Of a stretch of DNA of 64,000 nucleotides, positions 40,164 through 52,433 are shown one piece after another. The DNA lies in assembly GCA_963836735.1 (NCBI GenBank), contig CAWIKP010000012.1, positions 25,441 through 89,440 on the forward strand. The letters are read 5' to 3'. The DNA is from an uncultured Acidobacteriota bacterium. Lineage in GTDB: Bacteria; Acidobacteriota; Vicinamibacteria; Vicinamibacterales; 2-12-FULL-66-21. The notes under the pieces were generated by a model. The model ran no database searches, was not told the DNA's origin, and saw nothing but the letters and a program-made list of their open reading frames with translations. The position numbers and the translations under genes were made by a program. Within the stretch, counting starts at the first letter, position 1, and the number at the start of each line of letters is the position of its first letter.

Positions 40164-42827
40164 TCAGTCATACCTAAGCGCCCGCATCGGATCGATCCTG
40201 GCTGCCCGCCGCGCCGGCACGAAGGCGGCGAGCACGGCGACCGCGGTCAGGAGCAGCGTCATCGCTCCATATAGCCGCACGTCGGTCGGCGTGACGCCGA
40301 ACAGCATCGCCTTGAGGGTGTGGCCGAGGGCGAACGCGAGCGCCAGCCCCGGCACGAACGCGGCCCCGAGCAACAGCCGGATCTGCTTCAACACGAGAAT
40401 CGCGACGTCGGCGCGGCTGGCGCCGAGGGCCATGCGGATGCCGATCTCGCGGGTACGCTGGGCGAAGGTGTACGACACGACGCCATAGACGCCGACACCC
40501 GCGAGCAGGAGCGTGACGGCGCCGAGCACCGTCACGAACGTTCCGATGGTTTCGAACGGACCCGTGACGCGCTTGATCAACTCATCCATCGTCGCTATCG
40601 CGGCGACCGGCTCGGCCGGATCGACCGCAGCGACAGCGGCGCGCGCGGCCGGCGCGAGGCTGTCGGGGGCACCCAGTGTGCGAACCACGACGGTCATCGT
40701 GCGACGCGGCTGCTGCGCGAATGGGATGTGCACCTGGGGCTCGGCCGGGTCGGTGCGTTTCGTAATTCTTCACATCCGCGGTGACGCCGACGACGGTCCA
40801 CACGTCGGCTGTGCCGCGCCCCAGCCGGAGCCGCCGGCCGAGCGCTTCGCGGCCGCCGAGGAACCGGGCGGCAAGCGTCTCGTTCACCAGCGCCACTTTC
40901 TGTCCTTCCGCGACATCGCTCTCAGTCGATCGACCGGCCACGCACGATCCGCAGCCCCATCAGGCTGCAGTACCCGCCAGTGACGTGATTGAGCGCGGTG
41001 ATCGGGGTATCAGCAGGTTTCGTTTCCGGCTCGCCGTCGATGAAGAGCTCGAGCGGCGTTGCCGAAGCCCGAGAACGGTACCAGCGTGCCGGCGGCGGCC
41101 CCGGCAACGCCAGGGTGCTGGGCGAGGGCCTGCGTCAGCCGCTCCGTGAAGCTGCGAATCTCCGCCGGCTCCACGTAGCGCTGTGCGTCGAGGGACAGCC
41201 TGAACGTCAGCAGCCGCGCCCGATCGAAGCCGACGTCCACATGGGTAATGTTGCGGGCCGTCTGCACCAGAAGCCCCGCCCCGATGAGAACGGCCAGGGC
41301 GAGTGCGACCTCGCTGACGACCAGCGTCGATCGCATTCTGGCGCCGGCCCGGCTGGTGGTCGATCGCGCTGAGCCGTCGCGCAGATCCGCGTTGACGTCG
41401 GCGCTGGCACCGTTCCATGCCGGAAGCCACCCGAACACCGCTCCGCAGAGCGCGCCGATGCCGAGCGCAAAGGCGATCACCACGCGATCGACGCTGAGGA
41501 CGCAAAGTTGCGCAGGTACTGCCGGTTGTTCACGGGAATCGAGTCCGTGATCCAGCCGGTCCCGTAGACGGCGAGTGCCGCTCCGCGACGGCGCTGGCCA
41601 CCACGAACAGCAGCACGTGCTCGACGAGCCATTGCTGAACCAGACGCGCGCGCGACGCCCCGAGCGCCAGCCGAATCGCCATCTCCTGCCGGCGCGCGCT
41701 GGTTCGCGCGAGCATGACGTTCGTGACGTTGACGCACGCAATCAGCAGCACACAGCCGACCATCGCAAACATCACCGGGACGATGAAGCCGAGATCGTGG
41801 TGAAACCGGACCTCGTCGGCCAGCGGGATGACGCGAACGCCGCGGCGGGCATTCGTGTCCGGATACGTCTTCGAGAGCTGTTCGGCGAGCGCACCAGCTG
41901 GCCTCGTCCCTCTTCGACCGAACGCCGCGTCGCGCAGCCGGCCCACGGCGACGAGGGCGCGCGGCCGCCGGTCGGTAATCTGTTCGGCCGTGAACATGAG
42001 CGGCCGCCAGACGTCGATCGCGCCCGAGCAGCGTGAAGTGAAAGGCGTCGGGCAGCACTCCAATGACGGTGTAATCCTGGCCGTCCAGACGCAGCGTGCG
42101 GCCAATCGCGTCCGGGTCGCCGTGAAAGCGATCGCGCCACAGCGTGGCGCTGATGACCACGAGCTTTGGCGCCGACGGTTCGCCGTCGGCAGGCTCGAAG
42201 ACCCGGCCGAGCGCCGCCGTCGTTCCCAAGACGCTGAAGAACCCCGTGGTGACGAGTGCGCCGCGGACGCGCTCGGCTCGATCGCCGCCGGTCAGGCGCA
42301 CGTCGGCGCTGCCGATACCCGGCCAGATCGCTGAAGGCGCTCCGCCCCTCGCTGAAAGTCGCGGAAATCGGCGGCATTGACCGAGATCGGTCACCGGAAG
42401 ACCGGTCGATGGAGCGGATGTCGACGAGCGCGTCGGGATCGGCGAACGGCAGCGGTTCGAGGATCCAGGCCTTCGTCATGGTGAAGGTGATGGTCGGGCC
42501 CGCGACCCCGAGCGCAATAGTCGTCAGCGCGACGGCCGCAAAACCGGGACTGCGGCGGAGAGTCCGGCCGGCGTAGCGAACGTCCTGTCGAAGCCGCGAC
42601 AGCAGCGGAATCGAGCGCTGGTCTCGATACTGCTCGGTGACCGACTGCAGGCCGCCCAGCCGAATCAGCGCGGCGGTCCGCGCGGCGTCGGGCGTCATGC
42701 CCTGCCGGACGTTGTCGTCGATGTGCAGCTGCAGATGACTCTCGAGCTCGTCGGCCAGGTCCTGCTCGCGCCGCGCCCCGCCGAACACGCCCCGCAGCCG
42801 GCTCGCCCACCCGCGCAGTCGTCCCAT
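40164..42827 (-). pseudogene. ADOP-type (duplicated FtsX/MacB-like) ABC permease; at least seven frame breaks of both signs
   Basis: The N-terminus is MGRLRGWASRLRGVFGGARREQDLADELESHLQLHIDDNVRQGMTPDAARTAALIRLGG...DVRYAGRTLRRSPGFAAVALTTIALG (ORF 41772..42884). Later segments are scattered over ORFs 41477..42394, 41530..42105, 41010..41741, 40922..41107 and 40582..40941. The intact C-terminal FtsX half (REIGIRMALGASRADV...RIDPMRALRYD*) is in ORF 40164..40733. Confidence 0.85.
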
Positions 42828-42915
42828 CGCCGTGCTCCTATGGCTGACCAATAGGAGCCTCGCACATCTCGTATTGGGTGGCAATAGGGAAATGGATCGG
42901 CTGGGGGACGCTAGG

Positions 42916-43100
42916 CCGCTGGTCCGCTGGTCCGCTGGTCCGCTGGTCCGCTGGTCCGCTGGACCGCTGGTCCGCTGGACCGCTGGACGGCTCGTCCGAT
43001 GGGCCGCAGGTCGACGGGGGCGTCGACAACTGGCTGACCCACCCGCGTACTCTGCGGACCCGGAGAACGGACCAGCGGACAGCGAACCAGCGAACCAGCG
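42916..43100. repeat. Tandem-repeat-armed palindrome (unit CGCTGGTC, 9 phased copies vs ~4 complementary copies) between the divergent ADOP genes
   Basis: GCTGG recurs every 8 nt from 42918 to 42982. The right arm 43069-43100 is ggaccagcggacagcgaaccagcgaaccagcg. The spacer contains nested palindromes (ccgcag...gtcgac-gggggc-gtcgac...ctgcgg). Confidence 0.88.
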
Positions 43101-43140
43101 ATTTCCAAACGAAATCTCTCCAGACCGCGTCTAACTCCCC

Positions 43141-45610
43141 ATGCTCGAAGCCTTTGTCAAAGATCTGAAGCAATCCATACGGATGTTCCGGCAGAGTCCT
43201 GCGTTCACCGGTGCGGCGGTGGCCGCGCTCACGCTGGGGATTGGCGCCAATACGGCGATTTTCTCGGTCGTCAACGCCGTCCTGCTGAGGCCGGTTCCGT
43301 TCCTCGATCCCGACCGGCTGGTGCTGTTTCTCAACACGTCGCCGCAGGGGTCGGGCCCGGGAGCCTCCCCGCCAAGTTCCAGCACTGGAAAGCCCTCGAT
43401 TCGGTCGTCCAGGACGTCTCGGTCTTCCGCACCGGCATCATGAACTACACCGGTGGCACCTTTCCGGAGCAGTTGCGGTCCGGCCAGGTGTCGGTCGATT
43501 TCTTCAAGCTCTTGGGCGCGCCGATCATCCGCGGCCGCAGCTTCACCGCGGCGGAAGACCTGCCCGACGCCGAACGGGTCGTCGTCATCAGCCAGCGATT
43601 CTGGGAGAGCCGCTTCAATCGGACGGAGGACGTGATCGGGAAATCGATTTCGCTGAGCGGTGAGCCCTACACCGTCGTGGGCGTGCTCGGCGATACGTTC
43701 GACTTCACCGAGTACGGGCCACAGCCACAGGTCTGGTATCCGTTCCAGCTCCCGCCGAACACGACCGATCAGGGTCACTACTTCACGGCTGCTGGCCGGT
43801 TGAAGCCGGGAGTGTCGCTGGAGCAGGCGAAGACGCGGGTCGCGGCGTCGGCCGAGGAATACAAACGCAGGTTTCCGAACGCGCTCGGACCGAACGGCGG
43901 CTTCTCGCGTCGATCCGATTCGCGACGTGCTCGTCAGGAACGTGCGGCAGTCGCTGTTCGTCCTCGGCGGCGCCGTCAGCTTCGTGCTGCTGATCGCGTG
44001 CGCCAATGTCGCCAACCTGCTGCTGGTCAGGGCGACCGGCCGGCGCCGCGAGATCGCGATTCGCGCGGCGATCGGTGGCTCTCGCGGCCGCATCATCCGC
44101 CAGCTGCTCACCGAGAGCGTCGTCCTGTCGCTGGCCGGCGGCGTCCTCGGAATGATCTTCGGCGTGATTGGGATCCGGGCGCTGCTGCAGGTCAATACCG
44201 CGGGGCTGCCCCGCATCGGCGAAGCCGGCGCCGCGGTCGGCGTCGACTGGCGTGTCATGGCGTTCGCCTTCCTCGTCTCGCTGTTCACCGGCGTCGTGTT
44301 CGGCCTGATCCCGGCCCTCCAGAGCTCGAAGACCGATCTCACGACCACCTTGAAGGAAAGCAGCGGACGATCGGGCACCGGCTTCAGGCAGAACAAGGCA
44401 CGGTCGATCCTCGTTGTCACCGAAGTAGCGCTCGCGCTCGTGCTGCTGATTGGCTCGGCGCTGCTGATTCGCACCGCGGTGGCCCTCGGGCGCGTGAACC
44501 CGGGCTTCGACGCGACCAACGTCCTGACCATGCGGATGTCGCTGACCGGACCGCGCTACCAGAGCGCGCAGGGCGTCGAGCAGATGATCCGGAACGGCGT
44601 CGAGCAGCTGAAAACGCTGCCCGGCGTGGTCGACGTCAGCGCCACCTGTTGTGTGCCGCTGACCGGCGGGTATGGCCTGCCGTTCATCATCGTCGGCCGG
44701 CCGGTCGAAGGGCCGGGGCCGTTCCACGGTGGCGGCGGGTGGATGACGGTCTCGCCGCGCTACTTCGAGGTCTTCAAGATCCCGGTGAAACGCGGCCGCA
44801 CGTTCGAGATCCGTGACGACGCCACGTCGCCGCCGGTCATCATCATCAACGAGACGATGGCCAAGAGGTACTGGGCCGACAAGGATCCGCTGAACGATCG
44901 CCTGACCGTCGGGCGCGACATCATGCGCGAGTTCGCCGGCGAGCCGGATCGTCAGATCATCGGGGTGGTGGGCGACATCCGTAACGGCGGCCTCGACAAC
45001 GAGCCCAACCCCATGATGTTCATTCCACAGGCCCAGGTACCGGATCTGGTCAACCGTCTGAACCTGCGTCTCTCGCCCATGGCCTGGCTCATACGCACGC
45101 AGACCGAACCGCTGTCGATGAGCAACGCCATCCAGGAGCAGCTGCGCCAGTCGACCGGGCTGCCGGTCTCCGACGTGCGGTCGATGTCGCAGGTCGTGTC
45201 GCGATCGGTATCGCGCCAGAAATTCAACATGTGGCTGATGACGGTGTTCGGCTGCCTCGGCGCTCCTCCTCGCCGCGATCGGCATCTACGGCCTGATGGC
45301 GTACTCGGTCGAACAGCGGACCCAGGAGATCGGCATCCGGATGGCGCTCGGCGCCCAGGCTTCGCAGGTGAAGAACATGATCGTCCGCCAGGGGATGGTG
45401 CTGGCGATCGCCGGCGTGGCCATCGGCCTCGCTTTCTCTTTCGGCCTCGCACGGTTCATTGCCACGTTCCTGTTCGGCGTCGGGAAGTGGGATCCGCTCG
45501 TCTTCGTCGCGGTTCCTGCGGTGCTGACGTTCGTCGCGCTCGTGGCGGTCTGGCTTCCGGCCCGCCGTGCCAGCCGGGTCGATCCGATGGTCGCGCTCAG
45601 ATACGAATGA
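43141..45610 (+). pseudogene. ADOP/MacB-like ABC permease, second copy; three frame breaks (~43370 -1, ~43905-43912 +1, ~45262-45268 +1)
   Basis: The fragments are [49 protein letters not shown]..., then ...[30 protein letters not shown]..., then ...VDPIRDVLVRNVRQSLFVLGGAVSFVLLIACANVANLLL...REIAIRAAIG..., and finally ...LLAAIGIYGLMAYSVEQRTQEIGIRMALGA...VDPMVALRYE*. Confidence 0.88.
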
Positions 45611-45654
45611 CCGCGACCTCGTGCAATAATGACGCCGCCCATTCGAGGGGGGTC

Positions 45655-47988
<2,334 letters not shown>

Positions 47989-48009
47989 GAGCACGTCGTC
48001 CCCATCGTC

Positions 48010-48115
48010 GATGTAGGGCGGAGATCGGCCGGGTCTGAAGACCCGCCCTACATCCGCACGAGGAGCCTGCTCCACCGTCTGTAGGGCCGGGTCTTAGACC
48101 CGGCCGATTTCCGCC
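48010..48115. repeat. Inverted pair of ~37-nt REP-like units (TGTAGGGC...GGGTCTNAAGACCC) between convergent genes
   Basis: Unit 1 (48017-48053) is ggcggagatcggccgggtctgaagacccgccctaca. Unit 2 (48079-48115), read on the other strand, is ggcggaaatcggccgggtctaagacccggccctacag, ~90% identical. The TAA stop of the Gfo/Idh/MocA gene (48094-48096) is the loop of the unit-2 hairpin ggccgggtc-tta-gacccggcc. Confidence 0.8.
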
Positions 48116-49114
48116 GGGCACTCCCATCGCCCCGATTCCGCGGATCGAAACACCGCCTCGATGCACTCCATGTTGCGGATCGAATCCTCGAGCGGCTCGG
48201 GGACCTCGGTTCCGTCGAGCACGGCCTTCGAGAACAGGTCCCCCTGAATCGTGTATTGGTCGCACACCGGGAACCTCAACAGCTCCTGCCCGCCGCCATA
48301 GAGGTCCTTCCCGCTGTCGACCACGACTTCGCAGGCGCGATCCGGCGGGGCGTTGAACGGAATCCGGATATCGATCTGGCCGCGGGTGCCGAAGATGTGA
48401 ATCCGCTGCCAGGGCACCATCTGCGTGCTGCACGTGCCTGCCAGCTGCATCCCACCGAAGTCCAGCAGCATGGAGGTCAGACGATCGGTGCCGAATTTCG
48501 GATCGCGTTCGACGGCGCCGACGACACGCTCGGGCTCGCGGCCAGTGATGAACCGCGAGGTGTTGATCAGATAGCAGCCAATGTCCATCAGGGCGCCGCC
48601 GCCGAACGCCGGCACGTTGCGAATGTTCGACGGGTCCTCGTTGAAGTAGCTGAAAACGCCGAGCATGGCCCGAAGGTCACCGATCCTTCCATCGGTGACC
48701 AGCTTTCGCGCGGCCTGCCACTGCGGGTGGGACCGCACCATGAAGGCTTCCTGAATCCTGACGCCAGTCCTGCCGCGGACGTCCAGAAGCGTTCGCGCTT
48801 CGGCAGACGACAGCGCGATGGGCTTCTCGCACAGCACGTGTTTGCCGGCCTCCGCGGCACGGATCGTCCACGGCACGTGAAGGTGGTTCGGCAATGGGTT
48901 GTAGACCGCATCGATCTCCGGATCGGCGAGCAGTTCCTCATACGGACCCGTAGGCCTTCTGGATGGCAAGCGCAGCCGCCGCTGCCCGGGCCTTGCCAGG
49001 ATCGCGGGACGCGATCGCCGTGACCGTCGTGAGATCGCCTTTCTGCATCGCGGGAATCACTTTCTTCGTGGCGATGCCGGCGACACCAAGTACTCCCCAT
49101 CTGAGTCGAGTCAT
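48094..49114 (-). pseudogene. Gfo/Idh/MocA-family NAD(P)-dependent oxidoreductase; +1 frame break near 48940-48947
   Basis: The N-terminal Rossmann segment MTRLRWGVLGVAGIATKKVIPAMQKGDLTTVTAIASRDPGKARAAAAALAIQKAYGS starts at ATG 49114 and runs into a stop. The +1 frame continues YEELLADPEIDAVYNPLPNHLHVPWTIRAAEAGKHVLCEKPIALS... (ORF 48094..48969). Confidence 0.85.
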
Positions 49115-49131
49115 TTTTTTGCTATCAGTTA

Positions 49132-49800
49132 TCAGCTATCAGGAGCTTCGTCACCAATCAATCGGGCGAACGCGTCAGCAGGCAGATCCTCGAGTGACGC
49201 CACGACCAGGTCGGCCTCGAAGCCCGGGGCGCGGCTGACGCCGATCGTCTTGATTCCGGCCCGCCGCGCGGCCTCGATACCGACAGCTGCGTCCTCTACA
49301 ACGACACAGCGTTCGGGCAGAACGCCAACGGCGGCTGCCGCTCTCAGGAACACCTGCGGATCGGGCTTGCCGACCGTCACGTCCTCGGCCGAGACGATGG
49401 CATCGAGCTCGGTGTCGACGCCAAGCACCCTCAACATGACCGCGACGTTGGCTCCAGGGGCGGACGATGCGATTGCCTGCTTCCATCCGGCGGCGTGCAG
49501 GGTCCGGAGCCACTCCACTGCACCAGGTAGCGGCGTCAGCCCGCGATGCTGCACGAGCCGGCGATATTCCGCCTCCTTGGCGTCCCCGACCTGACGAATG
49601 CGCTGCGGCGACGTTCCCTCGCCGAGCCACCCGGGCAGGATGCGATCGTTCTTCTGGCCGAAGGTCTCCAGGAACTGTTCGTAGGTGATGTGGTGTCCTT
49701 CGGCAGCGAGGGTGTCCCGCCACGACAGCCAGTGCAACTCCGCCGAGTCGACGAGGGTGCCATCCAGATCCCAGAGAACTGCGCGTAACGATGTGGTCAT
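49132..49800 (-). CDS. HAD-IA hydrolase (beta-phosphoglucomutase-like)
   Basis: From Met at 49800: MTTSLRAVLWDLDGTLVDSAELH (motif I DxDGT), ...ASSA (motif II) and ...GKPDPQVF...VVEDAAVGIEAARRAGI (motifs III/IV). The protein is 222 aa. The longer ORF 49132..50277 has a junk N-terminal extension antisense to the AKR gene. Confidence 0.85.
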   Translation of the reverse strand: MTTSLRAVLWDLDGTLVDSAELHWLSWRDTLAAEGHHITYEQFLETFGQKNDRILPGWLGEGTSPQRIRQVGDAKEAEYRRLVQHRGLTPLPGAVEWLRTLHAAGWKQAIASSAPGANVAVMLRVLGVDTELDAIVSAEDVTVGKPDPQVFLRAAAAVGVLPERCVVVEDAAVGIEAARRAGIKTIGVSRAPGFEADLVVASLEDLPADAFARLIGDEAPDS

Positions 49801-49840
49801 TCGGCGACGATCCGAAAAGCAGCATGGTACTGTAAACGCC

Positions 49841-50828
49841 ATGGAACAGCGGCGGCTGGGTCGCACCGACATGATGGTGTCGACGATCGGGTTCGGGGCC
49901 TGGGCGATCGGCGGATCGTGGGGCGAGGTTGACGATGAGGCCTCGATGCTGGCGCTGCATGCGGGCGTCGACGCCGGCATGAACTTCATCGACACCGCCG
50001 ACGTGTACGGCGACGGCCGCAGCGAACGGCTGATCGCGCGGCTCCGGCGGGAGCGGCCGGGCGACACCATCCGGGTCGCGACGAAGGCCGGCCGGCGCCT
50101 TCCGCAGCAGACCTGCGACGGGTATTCGCGCGAGAACCTGGTGGCCTGGATCGACCGGAGCCTTCGCAACCTCGAGATGGAGACGCTGGATCTGCTGCAG
50201 CTGCATTGCCCGCCGTCGGACCTGTATCGGCGAGCCGACGTGTTCGGCATCCTCGACGACCTCGTCTCGGCCGGCAAGCTGCGCTACTACGGGGTCAGCG
50301 TCGAGACCGTGCAGGAGGCGCTGACTGCCATGCAGCATCCGGGCGTGCAGAGCATCCAGATCATCTTCAACATGTTCCGGCGGAAACCCGCCGAGGCCGT
50401 GCTCGGCGAAGCGGCGCGGCGTCGAGATCGGCGTCCTTGCCCGCGTGCCGCTGGCGAGCGGCCTGCTGACCGGCAAGCTGAGGAGCGATACGGCCTTTGC
50501 CGCCGACGATCATCGATCGTTCAATCGCGACGGTCAGGCCTTCGACAAGGGCGAGACGCTGTCGGGCGTGCCGTACGAGGTCGGCCTCGCCGCGGTCGAG
50601 GAACTCCGCCCCCTCGTACCGCCAGGCACCTCACTCACGCAGCTGGCCTTGCGCTGGATCCTGACGTTCGACGGCGTCACCTGCGCGATTCCCGGCGCGC
50701 GCACCGCCGGGCAGGCGCGGGAAAACGCGAGGGCCGCGGCGCTGCCACCGCTCGACGATGAAACGATGGTCGCGGTGCGGCGCGTTTACGATGAGCACAT
50801 CCGTCAGCACGTGCACGGGGGATGGTAG
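49841..50828 (+). pseudogene. Aldo/keto reductase; +1 frame break near 50414-50422
   Basis: MEQRRLGRTDMMVSTIGFGAWAIGGSWGEVDDEASMLALHAGVDAGMNFIDTADVYGDGRSE...IQIIFNMFRRKPAEAVLGEAARR is followed in the +1 frame by VEIGVLARVPLASGLLTGKL...IPGARTAGQARENA... (ORF 50445..50828). Confidence 0.88.
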
Positions 50829-50849
50829 GCAGTTCCCGGTTGCCGGTTG

Positions 50850-51131
50850 TCAACCTCCCTGCCGCTGCGACCGGCCCGTACTTCGCCAGGTTGCTCGAAC
50901 ACTGACCCGCGGCTCTCCAGCGGTCCGAGGTTGCTCATTCGTCTCGAAGGCTGGCGATCTCGATGTGAGTGGGATTGCTATCGCAGACCCATGTCGCTCC
51001 TGAGGCGGGCCGTCCGCGCCGATTGCCGCTTCGTGGCTGCTGTGGAGAGTCATCATCCCGCCGCAACCCGAGACCGTGCAATTCTTGGACGGCGCATTGC
51101 GCCGTGAATCATTCTGTAAGCTAGGTGCCAT
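50850..51131 (-). CDS. Hypothetical 93-aa ORF in a 340-bp convergent gap; doubtful
   Basis: The ATG at 51131 is preceded by AAGGA at a 7-nt spacing. However, third-codon positions are not GC-enriched as in the neighbouring genes, and I recognise no family (MAPSLQNDSRRNAPSKNCTVSGCGGMMTLHSSHEA...). Confidence 0.25.
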   Translation of the reverse strand: MAPSLQNDSRRNAPSKNCTVSGCGGMMTLHSSHEAAIGADGPPQERHGSAIAIPLTSRSPAFETNEQPRTAGEPRVSVRATWRSTGRSQRQGG

Positions 51132-51167
51132 CGTTCCATCCTTCTCAATCGCCCTTACCAGCCGCCG

Positions 51168-52433
51168 TCACTGAACTCCGAACCTCCACACCGTCTTCGA
51201 TCGATAAGTGGCTCCCGGCTGCAGGATCGTGTTCGGAAACGCCGCCTGATTCGGCGAGTCCGGGAAGTGCTGAGTCTCTAGGCACAGGCCGCTGCGTTGC
51301 GGGTAGCCCACACCGCCCTTGCCCTTGACCGTGGCATCCAGGAAGTTGCCCGTGTAGAACTGCACGCCAGGCTCGGTGGTCGAGACCTCCAGCATCCTGC
51401 CGCCGACGGGCTCGACCACGCGGGCCGCCAGCTGAAGGCCGTCGCCGGCGCGATTCAGGACCCAGTTGTGGTCGTAGCCCCGGCCGAACTTGATCTGTTC
51501 AGTGGCGGCGTCGATCCGTGCCCCCACTTTCGTCGCACGCCGGAAGTCCATCGGGGTGCCTTCGACCGGCGCCAGCACACCCGTCGGGATCAGCGACTCC
51601 CCGACCGGCGTGAAACGGTCCGCGTTGATCGTCACCTCGTGATCCAGGATGCTGCCGGTGCCCTGGCCCGCCAGGTTGAAGTAGGTGTGCTGGGTCAGGT
51701 TCACCGGCGTGGCCTTGTCGGTGGTTGCCTGGTACTCGATCTCGAGCGTGTTCGCATCGGTCAGGACGTATGAGACGCGCACCTCGAGTCTGCCGGGATA
51801 GCCCTCCTCGCCATCGGGGCTGACGCGCGAGAACGCGACGCCATTCACGCCGGTAATTCGCTCGGCAGCCCACACGTACTTGTCGAAGCCCCGGACACCG
51901 CCGTGGAGGTGATTCGGGCCGTTGTTCGCCGCCAGCTGATAGGTTCTGCCATTCAGCGCAAAGCGGGCGTTGCCGATCCGGTTCCCGTAACGGCCCACCA
52001 CCGCGCCGAAATAGGGATGCTCGCCAAGGTATCCCTGGAGCGCGTCGAAGCCGAGGGCGACGTCAGCCATCACGCCCTTGCGATCCGGGACCCTGATCGA
52101 GGTGATGATCGCGCCGTAAGTCATCGCGCGAATCTCAAGGCCGCGCGCGTTGGTGAGCGTATACACCTCGACAGGCGTCCCTGCCGCGTTTCCGAATGCC
52201 TCTCGCGTCACCTGCGCCCCCCGCTCTGCCCCATTGTCCGCCTCCGCGCTGGTGCTATCGGCTACGGCGAGACCGCGCCGCAGCTGGTCGGCTGGATTCT
52301 CGCCGACCAGCGGAGGCGGGCCAAACCTGCCAAGATGGCCAAAACTGCCAAAATCTGGCGCGCTCCCGTTACCGGCAGCGCTGCCAAATGCGGCCATCGC
52401 CAGCACCGCCAGCCACGATTTCCACGTCTGCAT
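51168..52433 (-). CDS. galM: Aldose 1-epimerase (galactose mutarotase); start uncertain
   Basis: The catalytic body is EAFGNAAGTPVEVYTLTNARGLEIRAMTYGAIITSIRVPDR...NNGPNHLHGG...TQHTYFNL...ETQHFPDSPN. The ATG at 52433 gives a signal peptide (MQTWKSWLAVLAMAAFGSAAG) plus a ~55-aa linker that contains the repeat at 52269-52356. An alternative GTG at 52211 (VTREAFGN) would give a cytoplasmic enzyme and place the repeat in the leader. Confidence 0.85.
   Translation of the reverse strand: MQTWKSWLAVLAMAAFGSAAGNGSAPDFGSFGHLGRFGPPPLVGENPADQLRRGLAVADSTSAEADNGAERGAQVTREAFGNAAGTPVEVYTLTNARGLEIRAMTYGAIITSIRVPDRKGVMADVALGFDALQGYLGEHPYFGAVVGRYGNRIGNARFALNGRTYQLAANNGPNHLHGGVRGFDKYVWAAERITGVNGVAFSRVSPDGEEGYPGRLEVRVSYVLTDANTLEIEYQATTDKATPVNLTQHTYFNLAGQGTGSILDHEVTINADRFTPVGESLIPTGVLAPVEGTPMDFRRATKVGARIDAATEQIKFGRGYDHNWVLNRAGDGLQLAARVVEPVGGRMLEVSTTEPGVQFYTGNFLDATVKGKGGVGYPQRSGLCLETQHFPDSPNQAAFPNTILQPGATYRSKTVWRFGVQ
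52269..52356. repeat. Copy 1 of a ~75-nt repeat (hairpin gctggtcgg-N10-ccgaccagc plus TGCCAAGAT-type units)
   Basis: 52269-52343 is ~89% identical (7 mismatches, 1 indel) to 54810-54883 in the same orientation. The 9-bp stem is 52283-52291 / 52303-52311 and the loop contains TGGATTCTC. It is followed by gccaaacctgccaagatggccaaaactgccaaaatctgg. Confidence 0.85.

Noticed and set aside
42916-42988. A possible CRISPR array, given the regular short repeats.
   Set aside because: The 8-nt units are directly contiguous with no unique spacers and are far shorter than CRISPR repeats. A complementary arm follows. No cas genes are present in the window.
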